Below are positions 1-11,000 of a DNA stretch of 64,000 nt, piece by piece. The stretch covers positions 63,302,001 through 63,366,000 of the forward strand of contig OZ076414.1 in NCBI GenBank assembly GCA_964187785.1, written 5' to 3'. The translations under genes and the position numbers were made by a program. The notes under the pieces were generated by a model. It had not been told where the DNA came from. It worked only from the letters and a program-made list of their open reading frames with translations, and did no database searches. The stretch is from Amphiscolops sp. MND2022. Lineage: Eukaryota. Numbering within the stretch: the stretch's first letter is position 1; each line of letters opens with the position of its first letter.

Positions 1-2413
1 GGTGTTCACGAAACGTGCAGTAACTGCTGTAGCCAGAGAGACCTGTGGTCACGCACGGTGGAGTTCGTCTTCGTCAACGGGGTGGGTCGTGTGATGAATG
101 GGGTGGGTTCCGTGTTGCCATGGGTCAATTCGGTCTTTGGCAAGGACCATATTTAAGGCTTGGTCGATGTCATTAGAATCTAGTTCTATGTTGTGACTCG
201 GTTTGTTGAAATTACGGTAGAAGTATAGATGATGTTGATTGTAGCAATTGACGTCCCAATAGGGGTCAAAACCATAGTCAGGATCAGAGTAATATGGGTT
301 ATAGTCATCAATGAGAGGTATAAGTCGTATATTGGTGGTATCATTCTGTAGTCTATTGGACATAGGGTCCAAAGTGGTATGAGATGTAGGAGGAGTCCTC
401 ATCTGCTGCTGCCAGTCAGCTGATGAAGTTTCTTTGAGAGCTGTATAGTGTTCAGTGTAATAAACGTTTGAGGGGTCAGATATTATGTATTGTCGTACAC
501 GGAGTTTTTCATTTATTTGGAGTCGTGGCATATCTAGTTTTTTGGATTCTTTAAAATGGATGTGGTTTGTTTATTTTTCGGTTCTTCCTGGCTGGTGGAC
601 TTATCGGTGACCGTGGTGTCATCCAGTTTAAGGTTTTTGGGCTTGAGGTGGGCTCCAGCGCCTTTCCAACATCTTTCCGCCGGGTGATTCGTTTTGTCGC
701 AAGTCGGACATTTGGGATATTCTTTCTTAGTATCCAGCCCTTCGTTGCGGCGTTGTTCCTCCTTTCGTTTGAGTTTGCGGCAATCGTCCGGCAATTGAGT
801 TTGCGGCAATTGATATGACCTGGTTTCTTGCAATAGTTGCAAGTAATGTTTGGATCGATGCCAGAGGAAAGAAGGCCAGTTCCCGGTCGTGTTGCTGTAG
901 GGGCAGTGGACATTGTTGGTACTGGAATGTCGTCCCCCTCCTCAAGTCCATTGAGCTCAAGCTCCCGTTCTAAATGGGTGACAATTTCCTCATTTAGAAA
1001 GAAGGGAAAATTCAGGACTCCTTGTCTCATATCCAAAATTGTGTTGTTCCTTTGAAGGAACGAAAGACCAATCAAAGGACTGGTGAGTTTTTCCATGACT
1101 ATAAATATTTCGTGAAATTCAATATCGCCGACTTCAAATTTCAGTTCGACGGTGCTCTTTGGAGTCTCCAGCTGTCCATTGGCAACCATGATTTGGAAGT
1201 TGGGGGCCGGGCCCTCTTTCACAATGGACTGAGGGGCTAGTAATCGGATTTTACGTAGATCAGCTTCTGGGATTGCACTAGATAGCGCTCCCGTGTCAAC
1301 AAGGCCATCTAATGTTAGTTCGCCACAATCCATCGGAAAATAAAGCATTCGTCGTTTATATTTGAGACCGAGATTGGTTGTCAGCGGTACATAGTCTGGT
1401 TCACCTCTTCTTGTGATTACGGTGTTCACGAAACGTGCAGTAACTGCTGTAGCCAGAGAGACCTGTGGTCACGCACGGTGGAGTTCGTCTTCGTCAACGG
1501 GGTGGGTCGTGTGATGAATGGGGTGGGTTCCGTGTTGCCATGGGTCAATTCGGTCTTTGGCAAGGACCATATTTAAGGCTTGGTCGATGTCATTAGAATC
1601 TAGTTCTATGTTGTGACTCGGTTTGTTGAAATTACGGTAGAAGTATAGATGATGTTGATTGTAGCAATTGACGTCCCAATAGGGGTCAAAACCATAGTCA
1701 GGATCAGAGTAATATGGGTTATAGTCATCAATGAGAGGTATAAGTCGTATATTGGTGGTATCATTCTGTAGTCTATTGGACATAGGGTCCAAAGTGGTAT
1801 GAGATGTAGGAGGAGTCCTCATCTGCTGCTGCCAGTCAGCTGATGAAGTTTCTTTGAGAGCTGTATAGTGTTCAGTGTAATAAACGTTTGAGGGGTCAGA
1901 TATTATGTATTGTCGTACACGGAGTTTTTCATTTATTTGGAGTCGTGGCATATCTAGTTTTTTGGATTCTTTAAAATGGATGTGGTTTGTTCATTTTTCG
2001 GTTCTTCCTGGCTGGTGGACTTATCGGTGACCGTGGTGTCATCCAGTTTAAGGTTTTTGGGCTTGAGGTGGGCTCCAGCGCCTTTCCAACATCTTTCCGC
2101 CGGGTGATTCGTTTTGTCGCAAGTCGGACATTTGGGATATTCTTTCTTAGTATCCAGCCCTTCGTTGCGGCGTTGTTCCTCCTTTCGTTTGAGTTTGCGG
2201 CAATCGTCCGGCAATTGAGTTTGCGGCAATTGATATGACCTGGTTTCTTGCAATAGTTGCAAGTAATGTTTGGATCGATGCCAGAGGAAAGAAGGCCAGT
2301 TCCCGGTCGTGTTGCTGTAGGGGCAGTGGACATTGTTGGTACTGGAATGTCGTCCCCCTCCTCAAGTCCATTGAGCTCAAGCTCCCGTTCTAAATGGGTG
2401 ACAATTTCCTCAT
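1..2413. repeat. Direct tandem duplication, period 1420 bp (1-993 = 1421-2413)
   Basis: Identical ORF translations at offset 1420. One substitution seen (K/E in 534-842 vs 1954-2262). Junction at 993/994 fuses protease end (VLNFPFFL) back onto gag (EEIVTHLERELE). Confidence 0.95.
994..1963 (-). pseudogene. pol: Element A pol N-terminal region + aspartic protease, interrupted by an in-frame TGA at 1469-1471
   Basis: Frame 1951-1469 continues in frame after the TGA (PQVSLATAVTARFVNTV) into 1429-994 containing LDGLVDTGA. Slippery AAAAAAC + TAG at 1963-1954. Confidence 0.85.
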
Positions 2414-3718
2414 AGGTGGCATTTTCTAGTCTAGCCAAATTGACGGAGCGTTTCAGTTTTGGTGGCAGTTTGGCATAGAGGAGGCTATCGATCATGGCCT
2501 GGGCGTTCTCGCCAAACGCTTTTTCAGCGCCTTGATTTAATTCTTAAAGGAAGTCTGGCAGATTCATGGTGTTTGGATCAAACACCAATCGGTGCCATTA
2601 ATGTTTGGCTGTCGCCTGGGACTCAGGTTTAACGTATTTCCTGCGAAATACTGCTAAAATGTCCTCCAGAGTGTGCCTATTTGCCGTATTAATGTTACGG
2701 AAGGTTTGTAACGCATTCTTGCGTAGCAAGGAATGAAAATGGTTTATTTTCATTGTTTCTGTCATATCAGGTTGCATTTTGATCATTGTGTGGAAGAGAT
2801 CTTCGAAGAGTTCGAACTTCTCTGATTTGCCGTCGAAGGTCAGTGTAGTCGTGCTGACTGGGCGTACCATCAATGTTTGTGTTGATGGACGATTATTCAT
2901 GCCGACTAGTACTTCTGCAAGACGGTTAATGGGATCAGAAGGGATAGTTGGTGTTGTGGTCTCAGGGACCTGGGGAACTGTGTCCTGAGACTCATCGTTG
3001 TTAGAATTTTGTTGTTGCAGGGGGGCTGGGGAATGCATGGGACGTCCAGTGAGAAACTCAGGAACCACATGTGGGGTAAATTTGGCTCCTGTCACCATGT
3101 CGTGATTTTGTTCACTATTATACGAATCTACTGAACTGTCTCTAGACCTGTGTCTATGATTTCCTTCTACAGGGGATGTTTTAGAACGATTTCCCCAGGT
3201 TTCCTGCGCTATTTCAGCTTCGGGGTTCCTTTGTCGCTCACTAGACCTTAGGTTCTTACTGACTGAGCAGGCTGCTTTCAAACCTTGATGTGGCTCATTG
3301 GACCTTGGGTCCACAATGTTAAAATTGGGCTCCCCCTGTATATTGAGGGTATTTTGAATAGAAGGAAGCACTGTATTAGTAATCGCAGTTGAAATTGCGT
3401 TTTGTATCTGAGAATTCAGGTTTGTTTTAATTTCAGGCTAGAAATTTCATCATTGATCAATCTAGTTGTTTCTATGGTAATTTCACTGTTTTCTCTACTG
3501 TTTGTGAGTAGAGATCTAAAAGCTTCTCCAGTTACATTAGAGTTTCTCTGTAGCCTACCGGACTCTGAGTCCAAATTCAATTCATTCTCACTGTGATCAT
3601 TTCCTTCAATATTACCGGAATAACTTCCTAACATGACATCTACGTTTCCAACATCAGACATGATGTCTAACTGTCTAGAGCGTCTCTCTTTAGCCTTTTG
3701 CTTTCTTGTTGAAGGCAT
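1954..3718 (-). pseudogene. gag: Element A gag, disrupted (nonsense codons near 2598 and 2545; frameshift in the first CCHC knuckle)
   Basis: FDGKSEKFELFEDLF / KINHFHSLLR / RRKYVKPES motifs shared with element B gag; CPTCDKTNHPAERC knuckle. Confidence 0.85.
3086..3097 (-). other. Primer-binding site of element A (TGGTGACAGGAG)
   Basis: Follows LTR-terminal CA at 3098; first 12 nt identical to the element B PBS, whose position is proven by the LTR pair. Confidence 0.8.
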
Positions 3719-3888
3719 TGAAAAGGTTGCGTGATTTTAAGGTCAATTGTGAATTGTTACAAGTAAAGCTATTCCAAACAACAGAACGTCAACTAAGTAA
3801 TTCTCAATATTGCGTATAACAAATGTAGTATCAACTGAATTGTACCTCGTTTATCAGAAGAATGGTCCCTGCACCTCAGTGTCCCTGC

Positions 3889-3896
3889 TATTTATA
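3889..3896 (-). promoter_or_regulatory. TATA box in element A 5' LTR
   Basis: Minus-strand TATAAATA ~170 nt upstream of the MPSTRKQK start at 3718. Confidence 0.55.
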
Positions 3897-4627
3897 GTTT
3901 GGTCAGGGTGACACGCAAAATTATGCGTGTCATGCTTCTAAAAACAGCACTTTATGGGGTTTTAGGGCAAGTCTGGAGACATTACGTCATTATTACATCA
4001 TGATTATATGGTAAAAATAGTATCAAAGGGAAGCGGCTTAGCGAGATTGTATCAGACTGACAGTTTACTAATATTGATGTTGTGAAATTCCTCTAACTAT
4101 AAATATAGTATTTACATGCTTCTAACTAAACAGCAACACTACATGAATGGATTACAATGATATTCCACTAAATTGTACTACAAGTCTATTTGGTTTCATC
4201 AACAGCGCTCAAATTGCAGTACATGATTAGGTCACGTGATTAATTCCGCTTTGGACTGAAAATCTATGCGGCGGCAGTAAAATAAGCACAAGTATAGCAC
4301 AAATGAAGCACTGTGATTGGTTAATACTATTTGGACCGAGTGTACGCTGAGCGAGACCAAATAAGTATTTGAACACGTTTCCTTGTATCGATTGCTAGCA
4401 AATTAATTGTACTTTTACAGCTGTTATCAACTTTACACTGCAAATTACAAAACAATTAGCAACAATTTCAATCAGGCACGAAAATGAAATATTAATCAAC
4501 TAAAACATAATATTAACCAAGTTTTCCGTACTAACATTAGTTTTTGGGTGTGGCTAAATAGACCATAAGTCTAATATGTTCTAAATTGGCAAAACACCTG
4601 GCGGTGGGTTGGTGTTATCTCCGTCCA

Positions 4628-4720
4628 CTAGTATTTGATAGTAGTTGCCGTCGCAGGCGGCCGCCTGCGACAACTATAGTCTGCGTTTTTCTTCGAAAAG
4701 CGCCGACTAAAAAAAGCATA
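4628..4720 (-). repeat. End of a non-autonomous hairpin-bearing repeat (possibly Helentron/HINE-like)
   Basis: Perfect palindrome GTCGCAGGCGGCCGCCTGCGAC at ~4650-4671, CTAG at 4628-4631, and the AAAAGCGCCGACTA motif shared with 22165-22178 and 45450-45462. Confidence 0.3.
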
Positions 4721-5039
4721 ACTGGCCTGTACGACAAATGAGTTCCATGTAACCATCATCCACTTTTCAATTGTTTTCGTTTATTTTTTGGTCCTCTTTG
4801 TCAGAAGTTCAAGTCCGTTTTTAATCCACGCAAAATGTTTTTTTTGTGCAGCAAACCCTCTAGCTGAAGAAATTCTATAGCTTTTTCTTTAGTATCACGC
4901 CAAAAAGCTAACTTGATGAAAGTCATTTTTTGGAAAAATGGTTTCTTACCTTCCGGTTTGCAATCAAAACTTCCCGTTAGTTGAAAACTGATGTTGATTA
5001 CAGAAAAATCTTGCTGGATGTGAATAGAATGTTTTCATA

Positions 5040-7247
5040 TGTGTTGACCCTGCGATGGGTGCAACTCGTTCAGTATGGATGGCCTTGATGTTGAGGCTTG
5101 ATTTTCGGTCTCGTCGGAATCTAAGGCGAGGTTTTCACAATTGGGTGGTTGGCCGGACAGTGAGTCTATTTTCGAGGATAAGTTCTCGATCATTTTCAAA
5201 ATCTCTCTCTGCCCAAATTCGGCATCTCTTATTCTTCTAGTCACTGACTTTTCAATTTTCTCAGATAACTCAGAGAAGTCTCGGTCGGAAATACTGGGAA
5301 CGTTTTCAGTTCTCAAACTAGTTGCTTCTGGCTCGCCTAACGAACTAGTCACTGAATCTCTCCTGGCCTTTCTTTTGGAGGATCTTTCAGGCATTTTTCG
5401 GGTTTAAGGTTTATAAGCTTGAGGCTATCCAACGGGAATCTGAGGGAAAAGATTGAGATTTTTTTAATCTTCAATTGTATTTTCAAAGTGAAGGGTAAAG
5501 TTGTTTTACAACGAATGATTATTGAATTTCAAGATTCTAACAAAATTGTCAAATTATCAACTTGTTGAAATTATCAAGATTATTTTCTCACTGGAATTAT
5601 TCAATCTTCCAAAGTATATATACTTTTCACCCACGTGAAGCGGGGAAAAATCCGCACCACTTTCACGCTTCGTTCAGCCCGGCGTCCCTCCAAGGCGGAG
5701 AAACAGGAAGTTCAGTTCCGCTTTGTCGAACTCAGACTCTCAGTTTGTTCATGCTTTCCGAGGAAAGCAAGCGTCCACTTCCTGTCTGAGTTGCGACTCC
5801 GCTTCCCTTCGCCTCCAATCCCCGCCTTTTCAAGACGCCGAAACTGAACAAAGTGTGAAAAAATTAGTCACTGCGCACGCCCAAAGAGCGAAATGATCGA
5901 ACAAAGCAACAAATTGGAAATTGGGAAAATGAGAATTTCCCGAATTAATTTGGTTCAAATATTGCACGGCGAGATGATTATTTAATAAGAAATACAAATT
6001 AGCTCATAAAGTTCACTCATGAGAGCTCAAAATCACAAATTCGAGTATAAATGGGAAAGTTCGGTCCCAGGCTAAAGTCTGGAACGGTTGAGGCAAAATG
6101 AAATGATTTCCTGAAAAATAATGATTAATTATATCAACAACAAACAATTCAGTGATTAGCATCAACTCGAAAATACGGTTCGAGTCTCTTCACAATCTAG
6201 TTGAGTGGAAATTGACTCTAAACAAGGCAACACAACTCATTTATGGAGATTAAAACAAGCTAAATCGAACATTCAATCCCAGGCCAAGGTCTGGGCCGAG
6301 GCTTGGCATTCTCAAATTAAATACTGCATTTACATGGTTAAAATCATCATACATTGCATGCAATCAATCAATACCGCTTACTGTTGTATGCGTTGCGTCA
6401 CTGCTCTCTCGTGAGAGCGGAGAAATGGTTAGGGAGGGTCGATATTTCCAATTCCAGGATGGATTTGGTCAGAATAGATTTCAGGCCGTGTCTCAGGCCG
6501 CGGTCTACTTCGTATAGCACTTGAACATGGTTTATCTGTAAAAATAGCATCATACTTCATTCTTTGTCTCCAGGCATCATTTGAGATTGCAGGCATTGAT
6601 TGGTAGGCTCATTAGGAGCAGAAAAAATCACTATTAACATTAACAATTTCCATTTCTACAATGGATTTTATAGATTTACATTTCAGGCCATGTCCTGGGC
6701 CGCAGTATATCGGTATTTCAAAGTTAGCTCCAATACTTGTTTATATGGACAATTACATGTATAACGTTATTCTAATACTCGTTTAACGCATCAACAGGTT
6801 TACATGTACTCACAAAATAGCATAATTGGTGTTAGAGATTGATTCGTAGCACTTTCATTCTCAGGCCACTCGCCGGGCCACCGCTTCACTGCGCAAATCT
6901 CAGGCCGGCTGCCAGGCCGCAGTTCCGCCATTATTCATTCAGGCCGCTTACTGAGCGGTGTGATTGTATTACTATTAATTATATAGCACCGTATTAATAC
7001 TATTAACTGCACAAGTAGCTTTATCCCGGTTAGTATACTGTATGTAAGTATATATAACTACATAAATATTAATATATAATTTCTTCTAATTATTATATTA
7101 TTTAGCGCCATTATTTCAGGTTGTATGGATTAAACTGATTGTTTTCTGGTTTTCTGTTTTCATTTCTCCTTTTCCATTTCCTAATTTATTCTTCGAAGAC
7201 TGGGTTGATTCTGCTGCAATACTCACAGCTCAAGTGGGGCTGTGACA
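5040..7247 (-). repeat. 3' LTR of element B
   Basis: Near-identical to 18963-21170 (about a dozen substitutions seen by eye, no indels). Preceded on the minus strand by purine-rich GAAGCCGAGGAC (7259-7248, putative PPT). Confidence 0.95.
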
Positions 7248-7785
7248 GTCCTCGGCTTCGTTGCCCAGTTCCCTCAGGAAGGAGAAATTGGGAGATGGAT
7301 CGTATCGGTGTATCAAACAAAGTGGTGAGGTCATCTCTCATTGAATCGTATGATCGCCATGAAGAGCTGCTTTCCCAACTGCTGCCTGACCAGTAGCCTT
7401 CTGAGCTGCTGTCGGCCTCGCTTATTGAGCTCATAGGGCTGTCGACGAAATAATCAGGGCTATTTTGGTCCTCGTGATTGAATCGTCTGATGGGGCTCAT
7501 GAATTCGTCATCTGGGATAACCGGGTTTTCTGTGGTGAACCTCCGTATTATTCCGTGTTCATTTGCGACGTTAATTGCGTTCGCAATTGGTTGTTCGTGA
7601 ACAAGGACTACGTGTATGTCTTCCGTCTTGACTATTTCATAAACAATAGCAGCTTGCGTCGGGTTGATGATACGATAATTAGGCGGTGGAGTACTGGGCC
7701 TTTGTTCAGTCGGTGTTGGCTGTTGATCTCGTTCAAGAATAAAAACGTCTTCGTCTGCTTGGTTATTTGAAATGGGATGATTCAT
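7186..7785 (-). CDS. Element B ORF3, 199 aa, acidic/Ser-rich, unknown function; last ~20 codons lie inside the 3' LTR
   Basis: ATG-initiated open frame; minus-strand TATATAAG ~125 nt upstream (7909-7916); crosses the PPT/LTR boundary at 7247. Confidence 0.55.
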   Translation of the reverse strand: MNHPISNNQADEDVFILERDQQPTPTEQRPSTPPPNYRIINPTQAAIVYEIVKTEDIHVVLVHEQPIANAINVANEHGIIRRFTTENPVIPDDEFMSPIRRFNHEDQNSPDYFVDSPMSSISEADSSSEGYWSGSSWESSSSWRSYDSMRDDLTTLFDTPIRSISQFLLPEGTGQRSRGLSQPHLSCEYCSRINPVFEE

Positions 7786-8007
7786 TATAATAGCAAGCTG
7801 AGTGTCAATCAGTTTTCAGTACAACTGATTTGCTTCGCTTGGAAAATTTGTTCACACGGTTTGTGTCAACTCTATGAATTGTTCAGCTGGCAGACTGGAC
7901 AACTCTCCTTATATAGTAGATAACTTCTAGTATTAATAATTCCATTGTTTTACGCCACATCTTCTTTGAATTTTTCATGGTTTGTTATTTTTAGACAAGT
8001 TTGAAAC

Positions 8008-11000
8008 ATGAGCTCCACCGAGGAGGATAATGCTGTGCTGTGTCGAAGTCAGGAAGTCGGTCTGAAGGAGAGTGAGGCAGAAGTAGAGTCCGTCGTGGGA
8101 TCAGTGGTGCGTGTTGGGGAGAGAGTTAGTGGAGATGGCAGTGATGATGAGAGTGGAGAGGCGAGTGGTGGAGGCAATCAGGAGGAAGCTGGTGTCTCTG
8201 TTGGTCACGGAGAACTGCATGTGCCAGGCTTTGGTGAAAAAGCAGTTTCTGATGATGACGGCGTTGAAGAATATGCGAGCATTGTTGCAACTGGGTCTTT
8301 CCATTCTGCATCCAGTGATGAGCGCCATGACATTGACTACTTGGCACGGAAGAAAGGTAATCTTTTCTAGAAATTAATGGGTGGCCAGCCCTTTCTAGGT
8401 TTCGTTGAACGCGTTCTATTCATCTACTTTCTGTAGCTAGCGATGATGGGTCTGATGAGGATTATGTCCCGACCCATAGTACAAAGTCCCGGCGGGAGAA
8501 GAAACCAAGGGCTAGTCGGGAGTTGTCGACCACTAGTGTGCAGTCGGCAAAGCGAGTTCGGTTGGCTGACGTCATCTCTGGTTCCATTTCCAAGTTGCCA
8601 TCTGCTCATGACAGTTCAGGAGATGACTACTTGCCCCCATGATTTCTGCTTCTCGGACTCTTGAAAGTAGGTATTCGCTCTCTTTCTTCGGGTGTTGTGT
8701 AGATGAAATGGGTTCATTTGTTGCTTTTAGGGACACTTGTTCTGCATTTTCTTGTTAGTCATACTTCATTTTGTATTACAGTTACTGGAGCAGAACCTGG
8801 ACCGGGGGTTGGGTCTTCTGAAGACAGTGACGTGTTTGTGTGCGAGGCGGCGATTGATACTCCTGCCCCTGTCAGTGATGCTGTCTCTGAACTCCCCGGA
8901 GAGTCGTCCAAGCGTGGCAGGACTCAACATGCACGAGCCGCTGTTGGGGTGGAGGCCTCAGTTGTTTACAATGACTGGGAAAAAGGTACGTTGAAATTTT
9001 CATGTTCATTGTACTGTTTGTGTCATCTCCGTGTTGTGCGATTTCTTTGTGTGGTAGTTTAGCCTCATTTCGCAGTGTTGTTAAATTTGCTCATTTGTTA
9101 TCAGCTGGCCTGGATACAGTTCCTCCTGGTTCTCCAATGGTGATGTCCGCGGCGCAGTGTGTGATGCTGGCCCGAAGTGCTGCCCGAGCTGAACGGACGG
9201 AAGTTTTAAAAGAGACGAAGAGCCTGTCAAAACGTAAGGGTGTTGTTATTATTCTATTGCTTGGCTTTCCTGACTGTTGCGATTGTTTCTTTTGGGATGG
9301 TTTTGTTTGCCACTATCTTTGATTGTCTGCATGAAGAGTTGTGGTATGTAGTTACTTGTTTAGCCCCTTGGTGTTGTGTTTAGAATTTGAAGAGTTGTCT
9401 CGTCTTTTGAAAGGGAAGGGCATCGATGTCAACAATCCTGGTCGTGTTCTGGATCCTTTAGAGGTGAAGAAGGCTAAACTGTTGGCTCGGGATGAAGATC
9501 GATCAAGGAAGCGGACGGAGCGTCACGTGTTGACGAAAGCCATGAGTGACCATGCGATTCCCCGATTGTTTGTCAGCCGGCGGAATGATAAGGGCCCAAA
9601 TGGGTTCAATTGCTCGATCTGCAAGAAAGATGTTTCCTTTCTATCCCGGGGTCCACGCGGAATCTGGAGGCACTTCAAGTGTAAGGGTCATTACCTCAAA
9701 GATCGTCGGTACCGTTACGACCATGAGGATGTGATTTATACCGAGAAGTTCGATCCCATCCGAGTTGCTGACCTGACCGCTGAACAACGTGCCGAGATTG
9801 AGGAAACTCCTCCTGTGGTATTGGGTCGTATGAACAAGTTCGTCGAAGATGAAGTAGATGCACTTGTTGGCGTCCCATCTAATGTGCCCCCGACCACTCT
9901 TGTGGGATGCTTATTGGAGCTGCTGAAAAGTGGTGGGTCCCAGTTATTCCTGCGTCGGCTGTGGAATCAGTTCCGGACTACCTTGCCAGTCGAGAGTCCA
10001 TACGCTTCAGTCACTTGGAATAAAACTGAGACCTTAGTGGTCTTGGTGCAGACTCTTTATCCGCGTGTGCTTCGTCGCGTAAAGTCATGGCTTGGGGACG
10101 GCCCGTTTAGCTTGGCGCTGCAGTCTTCATACTCCGGTGTGAGGTGTATCGTCCGATGCTGCCCCGATGACTGTCTGCGAGAAGTGCACCTTTGTGATGA
10201 AGAGCATAGTGAGACATCCTGTGAGGCTGAGATGCGTTGTTTAGCGCGTGTACTATCCCTTGTGTCAACCAGTCAAGGACCTGCGGCGATTATGGACTGT
10301 CCTCCTGTTCTGTTTAACGGGTATATCGATTGGTGTCGGGCAGTGGGCCGACCAGTCCCTGTTGTTGCTGTGAGTTTTAATCCAGATTTGTTGCGTCGTC
10401 TCATCAATGAGCTCTAGTATTGTGTGTGTGGGGTCTGTGGATCCGTTCTCGGCTCTGGAGTACTTGGTTCAGCGTCTCAAGCGGGTGCGCCATCAGGCGT
10501 GGTTGTTGAATCTGCCCCAGTTACGTTTGTGTCTGGAATCTGGAGTCGTGCCTTTTGAGTCCTTGTGTGAGGTTCTGCAGGAACTTCTGGATAACTGGGC
10601 TGACGTGAAGCTGTGTTTATCCAACAATGTGTTGTTAATGAAGAAGTCGACGACTATTGTGGATATGGATTCTCTTCTGTGTGCTGACCGTTTGGTCTTG
10701 CCGCGATTCGCCTTCTTACACGTTGTGTTACTTTGCTACAGGTCAAATTTCAGACGGCAGCTGGATCCAAAAATTCGGGATTACGCGTGCCGCAATTTTA
10801 CTGACTTTTGCTTTTTTTACTGGAGTCTTTTGGGCAAAGTGAAGAAGGTCAGTCAGCTTCCATCAGTCGACAATTGGTTCGAGTACATCGATCAGCCTTT
10901 GACCAATTGGGCGAATGTTACCGCTGGGGAATGTCTGCAGTCTGAGCCCAGCATCGTGACGGCATTGCGTGGTTTTGATGATGCTCCGCGCCGCACTTTC

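Larger units (their letters stand above)
1..4596 (-). mobile_element. Element A: degenerate Ty3/Gypsy LTR retrotransposon (5' LTR, gag, start of pol); continues off the left edge
   Basis: Gag-like ORF pieces 3416-3718, 2598-3371 and 1971-2495, two zinc-knuckle remnants, protease motif LVDTGA (551-1429), PBS TGGTGACAGGAG at 3097-3086. The outer LTR end (4596, minus strand TGTTTTGCC) is a guess because the partner LTR is outside the window. Confidence 0.85.

Noticed and set aside
5562-6414. ORFs 5562-5789, 5635-5847 and 6205-6414 and their twins in the 5' LTR
   Set aside because: Duplicated only because they lie in the LTRs; no coding signature.
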